64,000 nt of DNA from Chrysomallon squamiferum (taxonomy: Eukaryota; Animalia; Mollusca). The stretch spans positions 13,764,001 to 13,828,000 of the forward strand of contig CM022679.1 of the NCBI GenBank assembly GCA_012295275.1. The letters run 5' to 3'. Positions 24,740 to 38,596 of this stretch are shown piece after piece. Numbering within the stretch: the stretch's first letter is position 1; each line of letters begins with the position of its first letter. A program made the translations under genes and the position numbers. The notes under the pieces were generated by a model, which was given only the letters and a program-made list of their open reading frames with translations, was not told where the DNA came from and ran no database searches.

Positions 24740-27700
24740 TTAAATTTCTTTCGAAAATATACAAAACGTTATTTTGTCATGCCATAATTTACCTTAGATA
24801 CTCTCACAACGTTCATATTTCGTGGACACATTATACAGACAGTATGCAGGTAATTAATTCTATACAATATTTTTAATAATTTACATGTGACACTCTATTT
24901 CATAGAGCAATAGAGTTAATACAAAAGTTTGGGAAATCGCGAATCTAAATATTAACCCTCAAATTTACCAAACCATTAAATTTTAGAACACATAACATCT
25001 ATTTAATACGGTAATATAATAATCTAAGAACGATATACAGACAAAAACGAATTAAACAAATTTCATACGGTATATGTTAAGAAAAAGGAACAGTAGAAAA
25101 ATGTAGGCTAGGTTGGGTGTAGTTATGAGTGAATTGTAAAATGTATTCTTTCTGGATGGAAATTGAATTGAGAGAGGGCTGTCGCGATCGTATAGTTGAA
25201 CACAGAATAAGTTAATAGTACGTAGAGGCAAGGTTTCAAGCGGGAAATGACGTGTGTTCAGATTTATCCAGACAAAATAATCACGTGTCGCGTAAGCGAT
25301 ATAAACAGTTCTATTTTCCGAATTAAAAGTAATCCATATCGTAAATTGAAAGTCTTTATTCTAGCGATATAAACAGTTCTATTTTCCAAATAAAAGTAAA
25401 AAAAAACAATTTCTTTTTTTTAATTTTTAATTTTTTTTTAAATTTCTTTTGAAAATATACAAGACATTATTTTGCAATGTCATTATTTACCTTAGATATT
25501 CTCACAACGTTCATATTTCGTAAACAGATTTTTCAAACACTATGCAGGTAATTAATTCTATACAATATTTTTTCAATAATTTACAGGTGACACTCGATTT
25601 TATAGAGCAATAGAGTTAATACAAAAGTTTGGGAAATCGGTTATCTAAATATTAACCCTCAACTTTACCAAAACATTAAACTTTAGAACACATAATATCT
25701 ACTTAATACGGTAATATAATAATCTAAGAACAATATACAGACAAAAACAAATTAAACAAATTGCATACGGTATATATTTTAAGAAAAAGGAACAGTAGAA
25801 AAATGTAGACTAGGTTGGGTATAGTTACGATTGAATTGTCAAATGTATTCTTACCTTAATGGAAATTGGATTGAGATAGGACTGCCGCAATCGTGTAGTT
25901 GAACACAGAATAAGTTAATAGTGCGTAGTGGTAAGGTTTCAAGCGGAAAATGACGTGTGTACAGATTTATTCAGACAAAATAATCACGTGTCGCGTAAGC
26001 GATATAAATAGTTCTATTTTCCAAATTAAAAGTAAATCCATATCGGAAATTATATGTCTTTTTTTTTTTTTTTTTTTTTTTTATTTTTATTTTTTTATTT
26101 CTTGTTGTTTTGTTTTTGTTTTTTTTTGTATTTTATTACTATTCTTTTTCACTTTCTTTCGAAAATATACAAAACGTTATTTTGCCATGTCATTATTTAC
26201 CTTAGATATTCTCACAACGTTCATAATTCGTAGACACATTATACAGACAGTATGTAGGTAATTAATTCTATACAATATTTTTTTAATAATTTACATGTGA
26301 CACTCTATTTCACAGAGCAATAGAGTTAATACAAAAGTTTGGGAAATCGCGAATCTAAATATTAACCCTCAAATTTACCAAACCATTAAATTTTAGAACA
26401 CATAACATCTATTTAATACGGTAATATAATAATCTAAGAACGATATACAGACAAAAACGAATTAAACAAATTTCATACGGTATATGTTAAGAAAAAGGAA
26501 CAGTAGAAAAATGTAGGCTAGGTTGGGTATAGTCATGAGTGAATTGTAAAATGTATTCTTTCTGGATGGAAATTGGATTGACAGAGGGCTGTCGCGATCG
26601 TATAGTTGAACACAGAATAAGTTAATAGTACGTAGAGGCAAGGTTTCAAGCGGGAAATGACGTGTGTTCAGATTTATCCAGACAAAATAATCACGTGTCG
26701 CGTAAGCGATATAAACAGTTCTATTTTCCGAATTAAAAGTAATCCATATCGTAAATTGAAAGTCTTTATTCTAGCGATATAAACAGTTCTATTTTCCAAA
26801 TAAAAGTAAAAAAAAACAATTTCTTTTTTTTAATTTTTAATTTTTTTTTAAATTTCTTTTGAAAATATACAAGACATTATTTTGCAATGTCATTATTTAC
26901 CTTAGATATTCTCACAACGTTCATATTTCGTAAACAGATTTTTCAAACACTATGCAGGTAATTAATTCTATACAATATTTTTTCAATAATTTACAGGTGA
27001 CACTCGATTTTATAGAGCAATAGAGTTAATACAAAAGTTTGGGAAATCGGTTATCTAAATATTAACCCTCAACTTTACCAAAACATTAAACTTTAGAACA
27101 TATAATATCTACTTAATACGGTAATATAATAATCTAAGAACAATATACAGACAAAAACAAATTAAACAAATTGCATACGGTATATTTTAAGAAAAAGGAA
27201 CAGTAGAAAAATGTAGACTAGGTTGGGTATAGTTACGATTGAATTGTCAAATGTATTCTTACCTTAATGGAAATTGGATTGAGATAGGACTGCCGCAATC
27301 GTGTAGTTGAACACAGAATAAGTTAATAGTGCGTAGTGGCAAGGTTTCAAGCGGAAAATGACGTGTGTACAGATTTATTCAGACAAAATAATCACGTGTC
27401 GCGTAAGCGATATAAATAGTTCTATTTTCCAAATTAAAAGTAAATCCATATCGGAAATTATATGTCTTTATTTTATTTTAATTTTATTTTAATTTTTATT
27501 TATTTATTTCTTGTTGTTTTGTTTTTTTTTTTTGTATTTTATTACTATTCTTTTTCACTTTCTTTCGAAAATATACAAAACGTTATTTTGCCATGTCATT
27601 ATTTACCTTAGATATTCTCACAACGTTCATAATTCGTAGACACATTATACAGACAGTATGCAGGTAATTAATTCTATACAATATTTTTAATAATTTACAT

Positions 27701-30500
27701 GTGACACTCTATTTCACAGAGCAATAGAGTTAATACAAAAGTTTGGGAAATCGCGAATCTAAATATTAACCCTCAAATTTACCAAACCATTAAATTTTAG
27801 AACACATAACATCTATTTAATACGGTAATATAATAATCTAAGAACGATATACAGACAAAAACGAATTAAACAAATTTCATACGGTATATGTTAAGAAAAA
27901 GGAACAGTAGAAAAATGTAGGCTAGGTTGGGTATAGTCATGAGTGAATTGTAAAATGTATTCTTTCTGGATGGAAATTGGATTGACAGAGGGCTGTCGCG
28001 ATCGTATAGTTGAACACAGAATAAGTTAATAGTACGTAGAGGCAAGGTTTCAAGCGGGAAATGACGTGTGTTCAGATTTATCCAGACAAAATAATCACGT
28101 GTCGCGTAAGCGATATAAACAGTTCTATTTTCCGAATTAAAAGTAATCCATATCGTAAATTGAAAGTCTTTATTCTAGCGATATAAACAGTTCTATTTTC
28201 CAAATAAAAGTAAAAAAAAACAATTTCTTTTTTTTAATTTTTAATTTTTTTTTAAATTTCTTTTGAAAATATACAAGACATTATTTTGCAATGTCATTAT
28301 TTACCTTAGATATTCTCACAACGTTCATATTTCGTAAACAGATTTTTCAAACACTATGCAGGTAATTAATTCTATACAATATTTTTTCAATAATTTACAG
28401 GTGACACTCGATTTTATAGAGCAATAGAGTTAATACAAAAGTTTGGGAAATCGGTTATCTAAATATTAACCCTCAACTTTACCAAAACATTAAACTTTAG
28501 AACACATAATATCTACTTAATACGGTAATATAATAATCTAAGAACAATATACAGACAAAAACAAATTAAACAAATTGCATACGGTATATTTTAAGAAAAA
28601 GGAACAGTAGAAAAATGTAGACTAGGTTGGGTATAGTTACGATTGAATTGTCAAATGTATTCTTACCTTAATGGAAATTGGATTGAGATAGGACTGCCGC
28701 AATCGTGTAGTTGAACACAGAATAAGTTAATAGTGCGTAGTGGCAAGGTTTCAAGCGGAAAATGACGTGTGTACAGATTTATTCAGACAAAATAATCACG
28801 TGTCGCGTAAGCGATATAAATAGTTCTATTTTCCAAATTAAAAGTAAATCCATATCGGAAATTATATGTCTTTATTTTATTTTAATTTTATTTTAATTTT
28901 TATTTATTTATTTCTTGTTGTTTTGTTTTTGTTTTTTTTTGTATTTTATTACTATTCTTTTTCACTTTCTTTCGAAAATATACAAAACGTTATTTTGCCA
29001 TGTCATTATTTACCTTAGATATTCTCACAACGTTCATAATTCGTAGACACATTATACAGACAGTATGCAGGTAATTAATTCTATACAATATTTTTAATAA
29101 TTTACATGTGACACTCTATTTCACAGAGCAATAGAGTTAATACAAAAGTTTGGGAAATCGCGAATCTAAATATTAACCCTCAAATTTACCAAACCAAAAC
29201 CATTTTTTTTTAGAACACATAACATTTATTTAATACGGTAATATAATAATCTAAGAACGATATACAGACAAAAACAAATTAAACAAATTTCATACGGTAT
29301 ATGTTAAGAAAAAGGAACAGTAGAAAAATGTAGGCTAGGTTGGGTATATAGTCATGAGTGAATTGTAAAATGTATTCTTTCTGGATGGAAATTGGATTGA
29401 CAGAGGGCTGTCGCGATCGTATAGTTGAACACAGAATAAGTTAATAGTACGTAGAGGCAAGGTTTCAAGCGGGAAATGACGTGTGTTCTGTTTTTTACCA
29501 AAACATTAAACTTTAGAACACATAATATCTACTTAATACGGTAATATAATAATCTAAGAACAATATACAGACAAAAACAAATTAAACAAATTGCATACGG
29601 TATATTTTAAGAAAAAGGAACAGTAGAAAAATGTAGACTAGGTTGGGTATAGTTACGATTGAATTGTCAAATGTATTCTTACCTTAATGGAAATTGGATT
29701 GAGATAGGACTGCCGCAATCGTGTAGTTGAACACAGAATAAGTTAATAGTGCGTAGTGGCAAGGTTTCAAGCGGAAAAAATGACGTGTGTACAGATTTAT
29801 TCAGACAAAATAATCACGTGTCGCGTAAGCGATATAAATAGTTCTATTTTCCAAATTAAAAGTAAATCCATATCGGAAATTATATGTCTTTATTTTATTT
29901 TAATTTTATTTTAATTTTTATTTATTTATTTTTTTGTTTTGTTTTTGTTTTTTTTTGTATTTTATTTATTATTTTTTTCAATTTCTTTCGAAAATATACA
30001 AAACGTTATTTTTGCCATGTCATTATTTACCTTAGATATTCTCACAACGTTCATAATTCGTAGACACATTATACAGACAGTATGCAGGTAATTAATTCTA
30101 TACAATATTTTTAATAATTTACATGTGACACTCTATTTCACAGAGCAATAGAGTTAATACAAAAGTTTGGGAAATCGCGAATCTAAATATTAACCCTCAA
30201 ATTTACCAAACCATTAAATTTTAGAACACATAACATCTATTTAATACGGTAATATAATAATCTAAGAACGATATACAGACAAAAACGAATTTAAACAAAT
30301 TTCATACGGTATATGTTAAGAAAAAGGAACACGGAACGTTTTGTAAAAATGTAGGCTAGGTTGGGTGTAGTTATTTGAATTGTAAAATGTAATTATTTTT
30401 TGGATGGAAATTGAATTGAGAGAGGGAATATTTGCGATCGTATAGTTGAACACAGAATAAGTTAATAGTAATAGAGGCAAGGTTTCAAGGGGAAATTACG
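24740..30500. repeat. Higher-order tandem array, ~1407-bp dimer of two diverged ~700-bp monomers
   Basis: The gtgacactctatttc marker occurs near 24887, 26296, 27701, 29108 and 30125, alternating with a gtgacactcgatttt variant. Confidence 0.9.
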
Positions 30501-31815
30501 GTGTGTTCAGATTTATCCAGACAAAAAAAGAAAATAAATAGTTCGTGTAAGCGATATAAACATTTTATACAGATAAATTAAAAGTAATCGATATTTATAT
30601 TTTGAAAATAAAAATTCTAGCGATATAATTTTTATATTATTTTCAAAAAAAAAGTAAAAAAAAAATATTATTTTTTTTTTTTTTATTTTTTTTTATTTTT
30701 TTAATTTCTTATGAAAATATTATAAGACATTATTTCAAGATAATCACAATGTACATAAAATAAAGACGTTATGAACCATTTCAAAAACATTTTATTTTAT
30801 TCATTTTTTATTTTTTATTTTTTTTTTCAAACACTATGCAGGTAATTAATTCTATACTGATTTTAAAATAATTGGCATAGAGATATTATTTTGTAAGATA
30901 GTGCAATCAGAGTTAACAAAAATTTTGGGAAAAAATAATGTAAATAAATAAAAATTTGCAATAAAACATTAAAATAAGAATACATAACATCTAAACAAAT
31001 TTAAAAAGTTAAAAAAGAACAATAAATAATAAAACAAATTAAACAAATTGCAAAGAAATATTTTAAGAAAAAAGGAAAGAAGAAAATTGTAGTCTAGGTT
31101 ACAGAGTTAACATTGATTACACATATGTACGTTTTCATATGATTTAAAATAAAATTAATAAAAAAATAAAAACTAAAATAATAATAAAATAGTTGAACAC
31201 AGAATAAAATTAATCAAAAAAAAATAGTGGCATGTTTTAAAATGAAAAATAATAATTTGTCGTACAGATTTATTTCAGAACATAAATTTTCATTTTTCCT
31301 TTAAGATATATTTTAAAACAATTTAGAGGACGAAAATAAAAAATATTGCAATAATAGCAATAATAATAACAAACATCTAAAAAAAAAAAAAAAAAATTAC
31401 AATAGTAAAAATGAATAAACAAAAAAAATACATAAATAAATAAAAGGAAATAAATAAAATAAAATAAATATAAAATAAAATAAGAAAATGAAATAAAATT
31501 AATAAATTTAAAAAAAAATAAAATTGATAAATTTAAATAATAATGAAATAAATATAAAATAAAATAAAGTTTAAAAAAATATTTTTTTCTAAATACAATA
31601 TAATTAAATTAAATTAATTAAATAAATAAATTAAATAAATATAAAACGATTTGAAATAAAATAAAATAAAATAAAATGAATGAATGAATGAATGATTGAA
31701 TGAATAATGAAATAAAATAAAATAAAATAAATATAAAATAAAATTAAATAAATTTAAAAAAAATTAAATTGAATTAAAAGTTGGATTTTTCTTACTTTTA
31801 CAAATTCCATTACCA

Positions 31816-32240
31816 TTTATGAATACAGCCTTTCAGCGTTTAACCCTTCTTTATCTACGGCTGGAATCACTGTTTCCAGTTCATTTGGAAGACCTGATCC
31901 ATTTGGAATATGTTTGTTCTTATTATGTATGGTAATCACTATATATCATCATCAACAGCAATGGTCTTGTCAGCAGTGTTTCTGTTTCTGTTTCTGGAAT
32001 TCTGTCCAACAGGATGATCTTCATCTGTTTCACTTATTTCCTGACACGACACATTTCCAGAACTTCTTCTGTAGAGATGTCTATTAGCATCAACATCCTC
32101 TCCTTCTTTTTCATCACTGCTGCAGTGGATGTTCCCGTTGGGAACTGCCTGACACAGAGTTGTTGTATCTGTGTCCCCAGCTCCATCTCCTGCCTCTCTC
32201 TGTGATTCAGCACACTCGTTTTGCAACACCATCTTGTTCC
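31816..32240 (-). pseudogene. Second copy of the candidate cytoplasmic exon with a 1-nt frameshift
   Basis: Acceptor intact; ctatatatcatc vs ctatatcatcatc gives a stop at 31939; the remainder is still colinear with 7054-7180. Confidence 0.6.
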
Positions 32241-33984
32241 CTAGAAATATTAAAACTTAATACAGTCATATCTTTTATTAGTCACTTGTGTAACTCCATG
32301 AGAAAAATTATAGAAACAAAAAAGCAAACAAACAAATAATAAATACAATAATAAAAAAGAAAATGAAATAAACATTGTTAGAAATATAAAAATATACCAC
32401 TCAGAAATTACTGTTTTAGTGTACAACTCATACAAATTAACAGTAGTGATCTTCAGTCTGACCATAATGTAGGTCTCTACTTTGGTAGTATGATCAAATG
32501 GCTAAAACACTTTCAGTGTATCTCCTAAATTTTTATTTATTATTATCATTATTTTTATATATATCTGTAAATATCAGCTAATCTTCGCTAATGATAAAGC
32601 ATGACAGTAAAAATATACTATCACGAAACTGGATGAGTATTGTAATTTCCCCCCTTTATTTGCATGAATGATCATGATGTGTTGTCACACAAACTATAGC
32701 TATCAGTCTATCATGTAGGCCTTTTCATTGTCGTCACTGCTTCACTGACGAATGGGGGAAAATGGCGGCGAAAATAACAATATTTTGAAACAGTATTATT
32801 TTATTACTATACTTTGCTATGAACAACGGTACGCCAAACAAAATAGTAATATAAGTGTAAAGAATTTTATCTCAGCATTTATCAGACCACGGGTCTCTTA
32901 TTTCATATAATGACATACGGAGTCCCCTCACTGTGCCCACAGTTTGACAGGACAGAAATCTGCAACAGAATATGTTGATTCCGTCTCCCATTTTGTTGGA
33001 CTGTAAAATGTTAGTCTAAAATGTTGGTCTTTTGAGAAAGAACTATACTGTAATCCCCTACTGTTTTATCGTTTGCTATCCTTTATTTACTTATTTTTAT
33101 CATAGTTCATTTATTTATTCATTTATTTATACTGTAATGCCCCACTTTTTTTGTTATCATTTCTTGTCCGTGATTGCTTCAGTTATATATAACAATAGGT
33201 GCGGGCACAGTGAATAACACTGTATGTCATGATATGAAATAAGAGATTATTTTTTTAAAGCTTCTTTCAGAAATGCAGAAAATGTTATTTAGCCGTGTCA
33301 TAATTTACCCTAGATAACCTCACACGTTCATATTTCATATATAGATTATACAGACAGTCTGCAGGTAACTACTTCTATACAGTAATTATAATACTTTACA
33401 GGTGACACTCGATTTCACAGAGCAATAGAGTTAACACAAGTCCGGAAAATACAAAAGTCTGGGAAATCGCGAGTCTAAATATTAGCCCTCAAATTTACAA
33501 AAACATTAAACTTTAGTAGACGTAACACCTACATAATACAGTAAAACAATAATGTAAGAACAATATACTGACAAAAGCAAATTAAAGAAATTTCATACGG
33601 TATATGTTAAGAAAAAGGAACAGTAGAAAAATGTAGAGTACGTTGGCTATAGTTATGGGTGAATTGTAAAATGTACTCTTACCTTGATGGAAACTGGATT
33701 GAGAGAGGACTGCCGCCTTCGTATAGTTAAACTCAGAATAACTTAGTAGTACGTAGAGGAAACGTTTCATACCGCAAATGACAGATTAACCTTAAATCAC
33801 GTTTCGTTTATGTGATATAAATAGTTCGGAATTTCCAAGTTAAAAATAAATCCATGTCGCAAATTATAATTTTTATTTTTTATTCTTTATTTTATTTTTT
33901 TTTTTTTTTTAAATAGATGTTACTTATTATTATTATTTTATTTTATATTTTATTTATTTATTTATATTACTTTTTTTATTATTA

Positions 33985-34039
<55 letters not shown>

Positions 34040-35764
34040 GCTATATTTTGTTTATTTATTACTTCTATAATTATAGAAAATCTGGTATAAATACTGGTAT
34101 TATCAATTTATTATTTATGTGGGTTTTCTTTCTTCTAAATCACAAACACACACACACATATATAAAAAAAGTAATTTCACCTACTTAGATGTGTACTTAT
34201 TTTCTCACAACTTTCATATTTAATACATAGATTATACAGACAGTCTGCAGGTAACTACTTCTATACAGTAATTATAATACTTTACAGGTGACACTCGATT
34301 TCACAGAGCAATAGAGTGAACACAAGTCCGGAAAATACAAAAGTCAGGGAAATCGCGAATCTAAATATTGACCCTCAAATTTACAAAAACATTAAACTTT
34401 AGTAGACATAACACCTACATAATACAGTAAAACAATAATGTAAGAACAACATACAGACAAAAACAAATTAAACAAATTTCAAACGGTATATGTTAAGAAA
34501 AAGGAAGAGTAGAAAAATGTAGAATGCGTTGGGTATAGTTGTGGGTGAATTGTAAAATGTGCTCTTACCTTGATGGAAAGTGGATTAGCAGAGGGCTGCG
34601 TGATCGTATAGCTGAACACAGAATAATTTAAAAGTACCTAGAGGCAAGGTTTCATATCGGAAATGACAGATTAACCTTAAATCACGTTTCGTTTATGTGA
34701 TATAAATAGTTCGGAATTTCCAAGTTAAAAATAAATCCATGTCGCAAATTATAATTTTTATTTTTTATTTTTTATTTTATTATTATTATTTTTTTTTTAA
34801 ATACATGTTACTTATTATTATTATTTTATTTTATATTTTATTTATTTATTTATATTACTTTTTTAATTATATATATAATTTTTATTATTATTATTATTAT
34901 TGCTATTATTGCTATATTAAATTTATTTATTTATTTATTTATTATAACTTTTTTAATTATAGAAAATCTGGTATAAATACTGGTATTATCAATTTACTAT
35001 TTATGTGAGGGTTTTTATCTTCTAAATCACAAACAAAACACACACACACACATATATGAAAAAAGTAATTTCACCTACTTAGATGTGTACTTATTTTCTC
35101 ACAACGTTCATATTTAATACATAGATTATACAAACAGTCTGCAGGTAACTAGTTCTATACAGTAATTATAATACTTTACAGGTGACACTCGATTTCATAG
35201 AGCAATAGAGTGAACACAAGTCCGGAAAATACAAAAGTCAAGGAAATCGCGAATCTAAATATTAACCCTCAAATTTACAAAAACATTAAACTTTAGTAGA
35301 CATCTATATAATACAGTAAAACAATAATGTAACAATATACAGCATACACAAATTAAACAAATATCAAACGGTATATGTTAAGAAAAAGGAACAGTAGAAA
35401 AATGTAGAGTACGTTGGGTATAGTTGTGGGTGAATTGTAAAATGTATTCTTACCTTGATGGAAAGTGGATTAGCAGAGGGCTGCGTGATCGTGTAGTTGA
35501 ACACAGAATAACGTAAAAGTACCTAGAGGCAAAGTTTCATATCGGAAATGACGGTTTATTCAGATTACATGTCGCTTTAGTGATATAAATAGTTCGGAAT
35601 TTCCAAGTTAGAAATAAATCCATGTCGCAAACTAGAATTTTTATTTTTTTTAGTCTTTATTTTATTATTATTATTTTTAAAATAGATGTTAATTATTATT
35701 ATTTTTTTATTATTATTATTTATTTATGTTTATTACTTTTTAATTATATATATATATATATATA

Positions 35765-35825
<61 letters not shown>

Positions 35826-36192
35826 GCTGCTATTATTGCTGCTATTATTGCTATATTTTATTTATTTATTTATTTATTTGTTACTTTTTTAATTATAGAA
35901 AATATTTTATAAATACTGGTATTATCAATTTATTATTTTTGTTTTTTTTTTTTTATTCTAAATCACAAATACACACATGAAAAAAGTAATTTCACCTACT
36001 TAGATGTGTACTTATTTTCTCACAACTTTCAAATTTAATACATAGATTATACAGACAGTCTGCAGGTAATTAATTCTATACAATAATTTTAATACTTTAC
36101 AGGTAACACTCGATTTCATAGAGCAATAGATTTAAACTTTAGAAGACATAAATATCAATTTATTATTTATGTGGGGTTTTTTTCCTTCTAAA

Positions 36193-36225
<33 letters not shown>

Positions 36226-37345
36226 AAAAAAGGTAATTTCACCTACTTAGATGTGTACGTAATTGCTTTTCTGTAATTATTTCCTTTAGTGTTCACATTC
36301 GACTCAAAGAACCAGTTAAACTGAAAAGTATTCCGAGCAGTACTTGAACACACCCTCTACGGTGTCGCGATATAAATAGTTCCACGTTAAAAATAAATCC
36401 ACACCGGAAATTATTTTTATTATTATTATTCATTTTTTAAATAGATGTTAATTATTATTATTATTGCTATTATAGCTATATTTTATGTATTTATTTATAT
36501 TACTCTTTTATATTACTTTTTAAATTATATATATATTATAAGTATTTCAAGTTAATCGCAAAATACACAAAATAAAGACATTACGGACCATTAAACAAGC
36601 CTTCTTATTTTTTTTACCGTTTCTCGTTAATTATAAAATAACGGCATCGAGATATTACTTTGTAAGATATTCAGTGCAGGAGCATAAGATAAGAAACGAT
36701 TGTTTCAAGCGGGAATTGTTAAATTAAAATCAAAATGTGGATAAATAGATAAATAAATGATATATTGCAATAATAGCTGTAATAATAATAAATATTCAAA
36801 AAATAAAATTACAGAAAGTTACAATAAAAAAATAAAACACAGCAACAAAAACAAGAAGAAGAAGAAGAAGAAGAAGAAGAAGAAGAAAGAAAGAAAGAAA
36901 AGCCAGTCATTGCGTGCGCAAATACAACTTCGGGAGAGATAACATTTTCATGTGATTTAAAAATAAAATAAAATAAAATAAAATAAAAATAAAAATCATG
37001 TAACTGAATGAAAATATGACTGCTCCTCTTGACAAGACAGAAATCTGGAACAAAATACGCTGATTCAGTCTCCCATTTTGTTGGACTGTAAAATGTTGGT
37101 CTTTTGGGAAATAAGCTATACTGCAGTCCCTTATTGTTTTATCATTTGCTACCCTTGACTACTTATATGTAATATATGTAACAGTAGGTGCAGGCACAGT
37201 AGAAACAAAGAAACAATAGTACACTATTAAAGATCAAGATAAGCGACCAGTTAATTTATTATCTTCAGTACAATTTATATTTCTAAAATACACTTTTTAT
37301 TTATTTATTTTTATCATTGTTTCATTTATTTATTTATTATTAGTT

Positions 37346-37399
<54 letters not shown>

Positions 37400-38311
37400 T
37401 TTTAAGCTTCTTTCCAAAATATAGAAAAATATTACAAATATTAGGACTTGACTTCTAACTTGATATATATGTGTGTGTGTATGTATGTATGTATATGTGT
37501 GTATGTGTGTATATATATATATATAAATAAAATAATAATAAGTATATTTTTCTGCATATATTTTAAAAAGCTTGGGCTATATAAAACAAAAAACAAATAT
37601 GTATGTATGTATGTATGTATGTGTTTTTAACTATGTATATGGAAGTGTAAGAAAAAGGTGATTAATATCTCATTTTGTTTACTATTGTTATTATAGTGTT
37701 ACTTCCACATTTTATTTATTCGACGTTCGACCGCTGATTATATAACATAATCGCTTGAAATATTTCAGAAATAGTTATGGTAATTATTTTATGATCGTAA
37801 TATATATTTTTCAATCGTTTTGAAATTAATAATCATGATATAATTATCATTACCATTTAGCTGCTTGCGCGAAGCTTTTTAAATTTTATTTTCGTTTTGT
37901 CGACGTGCTGAAGCCGGCGTTCGCGTGAATCAAAATGATTCTGGTCAAGGGAAACAACTCAAAATTTATTTAAAGCATAAAAAGCATTTTATTCTGTGGT
38001 ATGAAAACCAAGGGGAACAACTCATATATGTATTAATTCGTAAACAAAAAGACATCTTCAAGAATTTCGGACGACGTGGAAGTGGTTTTTCCAGAATGTT
38101 CGTTTGGTACAGGGATGGTTTGCTTCGTGACATTTTATCCACAAACGCAATCTGATGCAGTCGTTTATATTTCGGGGGTGTTTTTTGCTCTAAAACATAG
38201 TACAAGTTAAATGCAACATTTTGTATAGCATTTATTTAGTTCCAACGCCAAAACAATTTACGTAACCTTATATGATTAAGACAGTTTTTATTTTCATTTT
38301 ATTTTAAAACA

Positions 38312-38486
38312 ATGGGCATATTTAATGTAATTTTGGTGTTTGCCTGCGTGGCACCGTTGACTGTGGCTGAAATATTTACATCCATGGCACAGTTCGAGGA
38401 AGCACTGCACGCAGAAAAGGATCTCGCCTGTGCACTTAGATTATACATACAGAATGAAGAAGCAAGATTAAGCAAATTAAAAATAG
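38312..38486 (+). pseudogene. P4HA: Prolyl 4-hydroxylase alpha orphan first coding exon, duplicate
   Basis: Same translation as 15865-16039. Confidence 0.8.
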
Positions 38487-38535
38487 GTGAAATTTTGCTT
38501 ATTTTTTCTTACCATAGTTAATAATAATAATAAAT

Positions 38536-38596
<61 letters not shown>

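Larger units (their letters stand above)
15260..24990 (+). repeat. Segmental duplication block B (paralog at about 37704-47720)
   Basis: Near-identical at offset ~22.45-22.75 kb (ORF starts 15480/37925, 15865/38312, 18959/41440, 22396/45077). Confidence 0.95.

Noticed and set aside
25150-25300. Faint fibronectin-III-like (LKPCLY..YSV) or death-domain-like (IGLREGCRDRI) words in the cassette
   Set aside because: Only a few matching residues, frames broken across copies; not supportable without a search
24740-30500. CRISPR-like array
   Set aside because: Eukaryotic DNA; long near-identical units with no unique spacers and no cas genes
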